Source: Rhynchobatus australiae (taxonomy: Eukaryota). From it: a stretch of DNA of 64,000 nt. The notes under the pieces were generated by a model. The model searched no databases. It worked only from the letters and a program-made list of their open reading frames with translations, and was not told the origin of the DNA. Made by a program: the position numbers and the translations under genes. Positions 27,001 to 40,207 of this stretch are shown one piece after another (the first letter of the stretch is position 1; every line of letters begins with the position of its first letter). Where the stretch lies: assembly GCA_034780895.1 (NCBI GenBank), contig JAUZTB010000107.1, positions 98,073,831-98,137,830 on the forward strand, written 5' to 3'.

Positions 27001-30000
27001 CTTGCGGTTTGCTTTTGCCGGGGAATAGTTTCAAGCATACAATGAATACGGTTTGATCCCCAATTTTTTCGTTGGGCAAATATTTGACTTAAAATGCAAA
27101 GTGCACCTTAAGTTGTAACACGGAGAAGAGCTGATGCATTGCATTAGAATCGCGTAAAGGATGATGGACAAATTGATTCTTTATTCCAGCATGAAAGTAA
27201 ACACAATCTTAAATGTATTTACCAAATGCGTCTCTAGTCACTTGACGTGGACAGTTTACTCTCTTTTGAAAATTAGACATTTTAAACAGCTTCTTTTGTT
27301 TTGTATGCCAATGAATAAATGAACTGATTTTCTTCATACAAGACAATTATTCCATATCCGCCTCACGCTGCGACGATGTGATGGAGACAGCTTTATTATA
27401 AACAAGGTTTGTTTGTTTTGTTTTATTGGTGAACCTTTTGGAAAACGCTTCCTTTACAACAACACCACGACTTCCAATCTTATCGTTGACTTTTTCTTTC
27501 AATAAAGTTACACATTCAACTTGAGGACGTCGACACTTTTATTCATTTTGCAGAAGTTCACCTCTAATAAGCGGAACAAATGTGTTGACATTTTGGATTG
27601 AATGGAACCAATAATTTGCGCCTCTTTAAAATCTCTGACTTTGGTGGAATTGAGTTTTCATGACGGGCTGCCCTTTGCCTTCGTGAACACGGATCTCCAG
27701 AACAATAGACTAAAGTCTTTACTTTTTTTGTTTTAATTTTAATTTTGTTTAAAAAAGCAGTCTCATACGGAGACGTTTAAACAAAGATGAAAGAGACCGA
27801 AGCGCCACCAACTATTCCCTTTCTTTCCTGTTCACATCTCATTCCCCAAATAGCCTTATGAGTCCTTGAGGTCTTTTGCTGAAATTCCCCGCCGCTTTCA
27901 CANNNNNNNNNNNNNNNNNNNNNNNNNNNNNNNNNNNNNNNNNNNNNNNNNNNNNNNNNNNNNNNNNNNNNNNNNNNNNNNNNNNNNNNNNNNNNNNNNN
28001 NNNNNNNNNNNNNNNNNNNNNNNNNNNNNNNNNNNNNNNNNNNNNTTTAGAAAATGGCAGATTCCTCTTGCACAGATAGTTCATTTACCAATTTTCTAAA
28101 TATTCTAAATATTATTAAAATTTTCCATTATTTTAATAGGAAATGATACGCAAATTGGTGTTATATTATTTTGTTTTAAAAGCACGTGCTTCCTGGGTAG
28201 TTCTTACTTTTCGAGGGAGTAGGTGCGGATGCAGAGAAACTGTTCTTTCCTACTTGTGACAAAGATGCGGAATTTCTCCGTGTAAGAGTTGGGTGGGGCT
28301 TGTTCGGCTCCAGTAACGATGTGCTACATTAATAGCGCGTAGAGTACCGGCTATTTAGTGGAATTGCATTGATAGGATTTAACTACTGGAAATAAAAATA
28401 TGCCATCCCAGGCAACCCTGCCTAATGGGAAAATTACGAACGCAAAATGTTTTCTTCAGGATCGAAATCAAAACACTTCCACTACCGAAGGGTTTACGCA
28501 ACGCGTTATTATTGCGGTCAGTTATAGATGTAGATTACGTACACGTCGGAATCTACTCAGGCTAACTTCCTTTCAGGTCATTTGTATTGATTTTGTTAGC
28601 GAGTGCTTTAATTAACGCCNNNNNNNNNNNNNNNNNNNNNNNNNNNNNNNNNNNNNNNNNNNNNNNNNNNNNNNNNNNNNNNNNNNNNNNNNNNNNNNNN
28701 NNNNNNNNNNNNNNNNNNNCACTTATTGTAATTTCCTGCTTCACACTTACGCAAGTGCAGAAGTTAGAAGGGAGAAGCCACCGCCTGAGACCTCAGAGAA
28801 GGTCCATCAGCGGTAAAGCTAATTACAGCTCAACTGACCGATCCACAGCCGCTCACAAGCTGGCGCGAACCTGCGATTTAATCAGATGTATGTGCCCTGG
28901 TTGTGATATGCTTTGAGAACCATAAGTTGCCGCGTGCCCCCACAATATTAAAAGTAACTCCGGTCCATTATAATCACACGTTCTCCAAATGGGGGAAAAA
29001 CACATAAGCATCCATTGATATCACTCTGGAAGAAAGCTTTCATAATACCTGACATGTTGTGAAGAACAGAAAAAAAGATATCTCGGTAATACAAGGGGTC
29101 TTTCCTACCTCATGTTGCTGCACCGAGACAATGCAAAGACTTTTTCTAAATATATAATGTTGGTCACTCTTATCTAACACTGCTTATTCCAGCCATCATA
29201 TACATCCATCACTTATATTAATAATTTGTTGTAAAAAGGTAAGTTAGAGGGAAATTTACTTACCCTTAATAATTAGGTGCAGGTTACTTTGCCAATCATT
29301 TTTAGGAGAGTATTTGGGACTAATTCATCCAGGCGGTCACTACCACCTTGTCTTTTTTCCAGACTTGTGTCCTCTGTCTTCCTAGACTTGATTTAAAAAA
29401 AAACTTTTTTTTGTGGGGTGGGGTAGGGGGTAGGGATGATATTCTGTATTAAACTGTTTCCCTGTGAACAGGTCTTTATAACTCAGTGACCCTGATCCTC
29501 TCAGCGCCACCTGTGNNNNNNNNNNNNNNNNNNNNNNNNNNNNNNNNNNNNNNNNNNNNNNNNNNNNNNNNNNNTTACAATGGCTTCAAAGAGAACCAAA
29601 TCACTATTTTCCCCCATTATTTATCTGAAAGTCAGATACTGTATACCCTCAGTTAACATATGACTATGAAGCATATATGAAAAACAAGACAGTTCCTAAA
29701 GAGATTTCTCGTTATTCATTTGTGAAGTCCCAAAAGCGACACAAAGGGTATCAGCTGCGTTATGAAAAATGGCCTAAGCTGAGAGAATGTCACAGTGGTC
29801 GCCTTATTATTTTGGCCCTTTAAAAATCTCAGGGAAACTTCGCTTCTGATGAATTATTTTTTTTAAGAGACCGGTAAAGATTTTAAGCTGCAGCCTATAG
29901 CATAGGCGAGAGATGAAAAGATGTTGTCAGCCGAAAAACAACCAGATGGTCATATCTGTGGTAAATCTCTGCCCTTCCAAGGTAAACAGGCCCGGCAGCT

Positions 30001-33000
30001 GCTTTGGAATTGGATAATCTGAAAGGACGGAAAATAAGTTTCCAACGTCAGAGTTATCAAGTCATCTTGGAAACTCATTTTATTTTAGTTCCATGGGTCA
30101 CGTTTTGATAACATTGCATTTGTTCATTTTCATATTGAAATAATCAAACACGATTTAATCAATCAATTGCAGATAAAGTCTCTTAGTTTGGGAGATTGGA
30201 ATTAACTTAAAATAATATCGTTTCCTATTAATACGAAATTTACAAAATTGGCTTATCGAATAGCAACAATTTCAAATATTATTAACACCGTCTTCGCAAA
30301 ACTGTATTTCACATGTATGATATCTAATGAAAGTTAACCCTAAGCCTCCCATTCGATAAAATAACAATCCATCAGAAGTGGTCAAAGTTTGTTTCAATAG
30401 TGTTTCCTTATCATTCAAATGACTCACAGTGTGACTTAAAAAAATCCAGATTCATTTCCATAACCTCAAAGAAATGTCATCTGTTTCAAATAAAACTCTG
30501 CAAATGCCATCAGCGTATACTGACAACTGTTTTCTGCATCTTTTCCCGTTGTGTTTGTACCCCGTTTCCTATCTTTATAATAAGAAGGTTCACTTTGCAC
30601 CTAAAGCTTCAGCGAAACTATTTCTCCGATACACCATAGCCAAATCGGTACAAAATAATCAACAAATGACAAAAATCACAAACACACATGCAAGTGGATG
30701 CAAGAAAATACAAACAAAACTTTCCATAGATCCATCCAATATAGAATACTAATACATAACGATTAGGTTCACATTTATGAGCAACGTGAAATTATTCTTG
30801 TAAAGGCATAAAATTAAAGATTAGACTTTGGGTCTTATAACCTTATAGTTGTCCGAGGCTTTTGGGAAACGTGCTACATTTTAAAGTTGTTATAAATGCT
30901 GGCATCAGTAATCTGATCTCAACTGGCAGATTGAAGTTATACTGTCAGTTCCCAATGGATGTAGTTTCACTGAGCATTACCCGCTGCATGTATATGCAGG
31001 AAAACAAAGAAGCTGAAAACGAATATTAGATTCAAGTTGACAAAACATCCACCGTAATAATGTTTGAACAAATATAGAAGATTCATAATCCACGTGCCAT
31101 CCAGCCGGAGTTATACTGCACTCCGCTGGGAAGCCAAAGGCCTCCTATAGGGGTCCTCGTATTTTCCTGCTCTGGTGCCTTGAACACTGGCATCCAAAGT
31201 TCCAACAACACTTTAACCAAGGATGCAAACCTAAAATTGTTCAACGCCGAGGCAGAGTCAATGACACATCTGTATCCTAGAATGGGATCAGTTAATTGAA
31301 ATAAAAATTTTACCCCCATCAGTGGGTCAGTTTCTGCCAAGTGGATCATTTCACATCGCAGCACCAGTTAATTCGATACTGTTTTATCCGAAGTGTGTGT
31401 GCAAGATAAATCGTATACTGTCACCTACTGTATAACAACGTTACTTAACTTCTATTACTCAAACCACCGAAATCAATATCTTAAATATTAGAATCTTACA
31501 AATAAACAGGCAAAAACCGTGAAGTGTACCTTTTATTATGAATTCCTGATTTATGTAACTTGAATAAAAATATAAATAACATATTACGGGGGTTAACGTG
31601 AACCCGTTTTATTTTATTTGATTAAAGCATCTTCATACTTTCCTCTATATTTTGACCGGAAAGGTAATGGACTGCTTAGTGTTGGAAGGTCTTTGAAAAC
31701 AATATTTGCGCTTCTTCCCTATTGTGCCTCCCGGACAGAAATATAATAATGAAATAGATTCAAATTGAATCCGATGTTTGGACGTGAGTATAATATCTAA
31801 AATAGCAATGTGTTGCACGCATATAGGAAGCGAAGGTTAAACGTCAGGTGGTTCCGTGAGCAAGTTGTCGATTACCTTGAACTTGAACAGTGGGAGAACA
31901 GTTATAATACAAAACGTGTACTGACAAGATCTTGCTAAGGGTATTTCTCCTTTCCACTGCGCATTCTGATTAAATATATTAGCTCTTTCACACAGTTTCC
32001 TCTAAATGCATTTGAAAGTAACAAGCTGTTTCGAAATCAACTCAACTATTTGGAAAAAAATCCGATGAATGTCAAGTGCATACAGATGTCATTAAACCGC
32101 GAATGCCACACATTTACCACTTGTCACCAGCTAGTTAATGTTAATTTTATAATTTCATATGGGTGGAGTCGTCCGGATTAAATAGCCTGCCAAACCCGGT
32201 AAAGTTGCTGCAGGAAGCTGTAGTGTCACCGCTTTAACCCATCGCACCTGAGGAATATAGTGATTATTCATTTGGATTCTGATCGGAAATGAACTTCGGT
32301 TTAACCCTTTCCAATCTATTTGTTTAAAACTACATAGTTAAAGTTTCATTAATCATTACGTTAATCAATTGAGTTGTTTCACCTCACACCTCTCCCCCGC
32401 CCCCAAAAGGCGGGAAGTGCACTCTGTGTATACCTGCTCCCACATAAGTAACACAAATAACATGAGCATGGTGCATTGACTAATTGAAATCGGAATACGG
32501 GTAATAAAGACATAGTATTTTTCTCTTTATTTATACGCGGTTATTATACGACATTGGACGATAATGAACAGCATTAGTTGATTGGGATCAAAGAGATGTC
32601 GACCCCTGCATAAAGTTACGAAGGGTTTTATTCACATATTATCTTATATGACACAAGTGTCGACAGAGGGAGCCACATCTAGCTCAGATGCTTGAAGATA
32701 TTTTGCTGTTTTTCATGCAGACTAAAAGTTTCGTATTTGACAGAGTGAGGGCTAGATGACATTAAGAAATAAAATGAACAGATTGGCTTTACAATGCAGG
32801 TATGGATGTGGCTGCTCTTATACATCCTGACACAATTGTCAGCTGTGAACAACTTAGGTCTCCACAGTCAACATTTTCGCCCGCATTCTGTCACGCACAT
32901 TAATTGCCCCATAAATTAAGATATAGTGTGCATAATATAAAGTAACAATATGCTTATATTCCACGTGCATGACTTAATTAAGCTATTTGCAGCCTGATGC

Positions 33001-36000
33001 TGCAAGTCAACGGGTGTGCAAGTGGATTAACAATATACTGTCCTCATATTCTCAGGATGGTGCATAATTACTTTACTGGCGGCACATATCAATTTTTGAT
33101 GATTACAGAACACATGCTCCCTTTACCAACATGCACTTTAACAATTCTCCTCTGTGTATTAAAAGTAATTTCTTGTTTGGGAATAAATAGCAGACTCTAA
33201 AAACAAACGGTCAATGCAAATTGAAATTCAAAATGCAATGCACAAAACTCGTGCGATTTTGCATTCATCAAGAGTTTAATTTACATTCCAGTTACTTTAT
33301 GCTACTTGGTACACTTTTATATTAATCTGAAAGAGACAAGGTCCATATATCTGAGAGATTTAAACTCGCAGTTTCACTCCCCACAAACCTTTGGGGCCGT
33401 CAAAAATACTCAGGAAGGTTCGGTTGATGCAGGTAACTACATTGACATAAAGTATATTCTCACATGATATCGTGATTTATTTAGTACAGAAGGAGATTAA
33501 TAATTTAATGGGGACGCTTACTTTTTCTTCTTTCCAACTGGATCGCAAGAGGGGGCAATTAAATTAAGAGAATGCCTGGGTTCAAGTAGTCACCAATGAT
33601 ATCCCATGTGGACCTTGCGCATGGAGGTTTGATCAGAGGCTGTTCGAGTAGTCACATTACAGAGTACTTGTTTTACCACATGTTCATGAAATTTGTAAAA
33701 TAAGCAATCGAATTATACTACTTGATTGCATTAGCTTCCAACCCAGTTCTTTATATCTTCGAGTCTTTGTTGCGAGGCAACCCACCAAAACTGGTTACTG
33801 AAATTGAATTACTCATAAAAAATGATTGACATTGCCTAGTATTTAATTTTAATATTCCTAGATTGCAAAGGAAAGTATGATGACCTGTCTTATTCGCAAT
33901 CAATGCGAAGAAATATTAAAAGATCATAACATTTCTAAAAATGGGGCATTTGAAAAGACGATTTGCAAAACAGTGTTTCAAGACTTCTGGGTGTTTGTAC
34001 TTTGTTCTTCTGATTAATAGAAGTCTGCTGTATTGCTCTTGTCTCCATAGATGTCATGCGGGGAAGAGCTCTATATTCCAACTATACAGCATGAATTTTG
34101 AGATTAAATTGAGATGAAGGGGGAAATAGTGCATATAGTGCCGCAGCTGGTATATCAAATGAATTCTAATCTAATGTTTTCGAAGACATTTGGAGCTCTA
34201 GCATTCGCTTTTGTACATTTTAGAGTGGGAAGGCGTGCGTGTTTTTTGTACCTGTAGCAGGTGACATTGACGCAGAGACATCTGAGTGACAGCGGGAGTG
34301 AAGAGAAAATCTAATAAAGCCTAATAAGCCGTGATAGCCTAGATGTCATTAAACCTGCAAATAGACGCTTGAAAATCAGAAAAAGGTAAATGTCTTCATT
34401 AGTCGGATCTCCAAAGACCCCACAACATTTCATTAATTTATAATTTATGATTGTTTGACAAATATTGGAAAGTATGTAAATATGGGAGACATAATGTCTT
34501 TTCTGCGGGAGACCACACAATGACCCAAATTGTATGATGTCTCGTAAAGTGCGCAAAGATGAATTTATATATCGAGGACAATAGTTTCACTTTGCACAAC
34601 ATTTTGCGCAACTGACGTGTGAAATAGTAGAGATAAAAGAACGTGAAATATTTTATGAAAGGAAAAAGCTATCCATCTCTTGTCACATCTTGGGTAAGGT
34701 GAGGAGAAATGTGCAAGTATTATTTCGACCTCTTTACATCACACCTGTCTCCACCATGCACCGCGCATTGCTCCCTTCGAATCTGCTCCATTATCGCTCA
34801 GTGTATGTCTACGATACTGGAAATCAATTCTCATGACTAACACTCCATATGCAGAGGCCCCAATATATTTCGCATTCTCGTCATTTGGTCTTAAAATCCT
34901 ACTTAGAAATGATATATTTTTTTAAATCATTCTGTATAATTTTGATCGAGTTGCATTGCGCAAGAAATTCTTTAGAGCAGATGGTACAATTTTGCTTACC
35001 TGCACGCACATTTTTTTCAATCTACTCATATAAAGGTTTAACAATGAAATATGAATAAACTGCATTAAACCGGAAAAGATTGGTTACATGAATTACGAAA
35101 TTAATAATCGTTGGAAAATTAACGTGACATAATACGTCTTTGTATACAACCCAATGTATTTCGAATATGATATCCAGAAATTAGATTTGGATATTTGGGT
35201 AATCGATCAGTTAGATAATAAGTTAAAACCATTTTAGTTTATTTCTGATCTGTATCCATAATATTCACTTTTAAAAATTGGTAAAGAGAATTATTGAAAG
35301 CGAGGGTCATTTGTAAAATATCCATTAGTATGAATTGCACCAGGCGTATTTTAAGTTTTCTTTTTTGTTATTTCTCAATTGCTGTGGATTGAATAAACCA
35401 TATTTATTTCAGTAGAGGTCATCCCATCTACCAAACCAATATTGTCGTAATACCTTGCTACCATCACCTGCCGTGGGTTAATTATGCCGTTGAACGAATT
35501 AAATCTGCATCTTTATAGTGTTATCGTAGAGGTTATCTGGAGTTAACATCTCAACAAAACCTACTTACCTGCAAAGTTCTGGTATAGTATAATTCGGAAT
35601 TACAAGAGCGAATTAGTGAGCAGAAAGTTTTGATTCAATAACAATTTCGCAGCGTCTTTAACGAATATAAACGAATTATTTCGTTACCTTTTTCAAACGT
35701 TTGTAACAAAACTTTGTCTATATGTTTAAACCTTTGTATTTTTTTCTGAACAAAACTTTAGAGTTTTCTTAAGCAGAGCTGCGGGAAGTAATTTACGTCA
35801 TAAATTGAAAATTCCCATTAGTACATCTAAAGGTGTAGCCCCTCACCGCTGCCTCTGACAAACACAGTTGAGGAGGAAGTTACCTCATTGAGTAATCTCG
35901 TGAATATTTCAATGTTCCTGTTGTTAAAAGTTACACCATGGCGAACTAAAAGAGAAGACTTCCCACTGGGAGTGTTATAGCCATCTCCCTTGTTCACCAG

Positions 36001-39000
36001 ACATATTAAATTTGATACTTCAAGAAAATACCTACTTGACACACTATTGAAAACCGATTTATGGCACAACAATATGAAACATTTTACTACTGATCTTGAA
36101 ATTGTCGAATCTGGCCAATGCTTATCATCTGTAACACCTGGTCTAAAGTGTTGTTATTATAAACGATTCATTAGAAACCAAATGTAACCCTGACTTCTTT
36201 CGAATGCATTTTTTGAATAAATCAAGTACACTGTACTTTGTGGGCGGGGCTCTGAAAGAGAGGAGATTATGAGCGGTTAATCCTTTCTCTGAGGTCCATC
36301 TTTGTTTGACGAAAGGCTATAACATTCTGAAACAAAAACAGTTGTTTTAACTATTTATCTCAAAAGTATGGCGATGTAACGATTTTGGCCAGAGGAGGAA
36401 GAAGGTCAATTCAAGATGCAGAAGGAACAGAATCCTCTTGCATTTAAACAGCAGGGTGGTGGCCCCTTGGAGTGTCCCTGCGTTTGTTAACACGTATAGT
36501 GTTACACTCAATTCATGATACCGTTTTGTGTTTTACTTATAAGGAATGTAAAATACACTTTTATAAGTGTAATCCATACTCGCGTATGATGTATAGATGG
36601 AAAGGCCATCAGAATTAAGAGTTAATCTATCTTAATATTAATTTAGTAAGTGAGTTATTAGCAGAAACGTTTTTTGCAGTACCTTCTCCATTTTAAGTCA
36701 AAGGTGCGAATCATAGTGTATTAAATACTTGTTATCAATTCTGGCAATATACATTTAGTTTTCTATCTTCATTGGATCCCGGGGTTGCCTGTTTCTATTC
36801 TTTCCCAGAGTATACTGGGATACTTAGGCTTGTGTGAAACTTGTTGTAACACAGCCACTTTGGATTGTGCTGTTACATCTTATAGTACAAAGTGCAGATT
36901 CTCCCTGACTTCCTCGACAGCATAGGCTTCACCGTTTGCGTGTAATTGGTTCAACACCGTTAAGGCAATTCGCCTGTTTCAATCCCCGGTCCATTTTTCA
37001 TTCGCTTTCTTGAACTACAGTTTACTTGAGTTCCTCAACTCGGTTACATTTTGCTTGGTGAATCTGAAATCATTGAAACAAAATGGAGGTTGAAATAGAT
37101 TATATTGGATTATAGTGCGTCAATGTATGCTACCAGTCTACTTCTTAAAAAATCCAATTTATCCAGAATTTATCTGTACCCGTATTTGTTGTTTTATGTA
37201 TAAAACAGAGACCTGAATGTTTTCGTCTTAATTACCAAGCAAGTGTGACATGGAAATTCTTGTATAGCAACATTGTGTTCATAAAACAGAAAAGCCGAGG
37301 GACACTTTTGTTTGTGCTGGGACAGAGTGGCACTCGTTTTGTTTTTGACGGTAGGGTTTTGATGACTTATAGTACGTACATAAAACAAACTTTCCTGCAG
37401 TGTTAGTTTCTTCTCTGATCGTCATGCTTCCTTCGAGACTGCCAGATGATTTTAAAAGACAAAAAAAAATGATAAATAGTGTCGAAGAACTAATCGCTGG
37501 AGGGCGCGTTTACCAATTCATAATCATTTGTTCTTGGTGATGTATGACCCTTTCTCTTAAAACTGAAAAGCTTCCATTTGAAGGTGTAAATAGCTTTTTT
37601 CTTCAGTAAACCTTGCTGCATTAGGCGTGATTGATCTGATGTACAATTTGTCCCAGAGTGCCATTTTAGAGAGAGAACACAGGTTTAGGAGATTAACAGG
37701 CAGCCCTGTTACATATTAATGAAGTCGAGAAATACATTGACGTGCAGCTAATTTAGTTAGTTGTTTCCACTGCATTCGCCCTTATTTGGGTTGTGATAGA
37801 CCCCCGCGGTTGTTGCACACAGAACTGAGAAAGTAGGTTGCAATATCTTTCCAGAGACTACTGAACACCTGATGCAAAAAAAAAGAACCCACAAATGTTG
37901 ACCAGCTCGATAGGGTTATTTCCTGGTTAACATACCAGAGACCCAAAATTGTTATAGGAGAGTTGAGACCAAAGGCAAAATAAATAACCAAAAAAGAGCA
38001 CGTTAATATGGTAAATTATCAATCACATATATTTGTACCCTGGTGGTTCTTTAAAAAAAATAAACATTTGTAATGTTAGTTGTTTTTCAGTAGATTACAT
38101 CATAGATTGTTTGCATGATTTAGAATATGACTTTTGTTACATTCCAGTGGTCTAGATTCTGACCTCGAGGAGCCCCGGGTCACTCAGCTTGCTACCTTTG
38201 CAGTTTAGTTCCAAGGCACTCCATTAGAGTTTATCCTGCAGGGATTTTCACAGCCACCCCTTCAAGAAAAACAAACTTCCTGAAATACACTTGGTGGATT
38301 ACTAGTTAGATTATAAAAAAGAATTGCACTGGCGCAAAAAAATCCCCTGTAGATATATTGACATGAAATTGAATCCACTGAAATAGATTGATCGTGATCT
38401 GTGTTGAAGTTAAACGTATAGCAACCCCTTTAGTTTGTAATTTTGCATCTCCCTCTGTGTAGCGCACAATAAAATGTCAGATCTCGACAATGGTACTGGG
38501 AAAATATTATTGCGGACGGTTTTTGCAAACGGTTTGGTATTTGATGAGAAGTTTAAAGAAACGAGGAATTGGCCAAATTTGTTTAATTTATTAATATCTT
38601 TCCTTCAGGATTCGGGAAAGCACCCTTAGCCGTTCAATTTTAAAATAAACTGTCCAGTACTGCTGTGTGAAATCTGTTGTATACCCTTAATCCTTTGTGT
38701 GTACAGTTAAGGATTTCTGTAACCCTCTCCTTTTAATCGGCGCGATTAATTAAACAGAAGGAGATTGGCCAGATCTGACAAAATCAATGTTTGTGAAAAT
38801 GTCTGCAACCTATTTGTGGAAAAAAAAAGTTCTAGTCAAGCTGTCCGCCACTGACACTCCATGTTATGTTCGTTTAAACACCATTTTTTAATCGTAGCAT
38901 ATAAAGACCTTTATTGTATTCTGCAACCTTGCAAAACTATGAATGGTTTAAAATATTTCCCAAGAAATATTGTTTTTTTTCTTCTTCTGATTTTTGTTCC

Positions 39001-40054
39001 TTTAAAATGTTTTGGAAAGTGTTTTTTTTTTAATTTGGAAACGTTGTTACAAAGGAAAGGACAAATTAGAAGAAATTTTCTGTGATCAAAGGAAGAACAG
39101 AAAAGCAAGTATGGGCATTCAGGACGCTTGACTTATTCAGACAACTGCTTTGGAACAGAAGGGCAACAAGCGTGTCTTATATTCAAAAGACCGATCTATT
39201 CATAGTGCAGGTGCGAAATAGTGTGGCACATTCTGCCACATTATGTAAAGGTTGTTAGAGATTAGTGTTCAGACTTAATAACTAAGGCGCTTGATTTACA
39301 TTGTAGAAAGCCTCTTCATCCGTGAAAGCAAAATAATTTAACGCGTGATCATTTGGAGTGCGGCTGATATCCTAATACATTTATTGTGTTCGAAAACTAG
39401 TGGAGTACTTTGCATTGCTTCTTTAGAAACCTATCATTTACACCCACTGCACTAATCTTANNNNNNNNNNNNNNNNNNNNNNNNNNNNNNNNNNNNNNNN
39501 NNNNNNNNNNNNNNNNNNNNNNNNNNNNNNNNNNNNNNNNNNNNNNNNNNNNNNNNNNNNNNNNNNNNNNNNNNNNNNNNNNNNNNNNNNNNNNNNNNNN
39601 NNNNNNNNNNNNNNNNNNNNNNNNNNNNNNNNNNNNNNNNNNTGGGGGCGGGGTGGTTCTCGCGTGCGCGTGTAAGAGAAGGGGGAGAAGGAGGAAGGAA
39701 ACTGAAGGGAGTGGTCAGACTGGAAAAGAGGTAAGTGGCACTAATGGAAAGGAAAAGGGAATGTTGAAACAAATGAGTGATTGCAAAAGCCAGTCAAGTT
39801 TGTTAAAAGAAAAAAATCAAGATAAATAAGGGGATAAATCCTACTTAGACAGTCATTTGTGGATCGGCTGGTTATATTAGTTGGTCATTTCCTGCATTTG
39901 TTTCAAATGTTTCAGGATTCTGCAATTTTTTCCTCTGAGCTCCAGCTGCAGAATAAAATTGGCATTTGACTATTGTCTGAACGTCAGGTGTGCGCATTTG
40001 TGTTGATGGATGAACTGAAGAAGAGAATTCTGCTTAATAGCATGTTTTTTTTTA

Positions 40055-40207
40055 AAAAAGATCTAGGTGTCACTGGCAAGGCCAGTTTTGCCTATCCCTA
40101 ACTACTCTTGAACTGACCAGTCAACCACACTGATCGGCCTGGAGACAAGAGATTCTGCAGATGCTGGAATCTGGACACACACACACACACACCCCCCTAG
40201 AGGAACA
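40055..40207. mobile_element. Short composite of SINE tail, Penelope-like fragment and (CA)n
   Basis: gatctaggtgtcactggcaaggccag..cctatccctaact followed by acaagagattctgcagatgctggaatctgg and (ac)n. Confidence 0.55.

Noticed and set aside
29501-29515. CTCF-like cagcgccacctgtg
   Set aside because: Only the AGGTGGCGC half matches and the rest runs into a gap; cannot be supported
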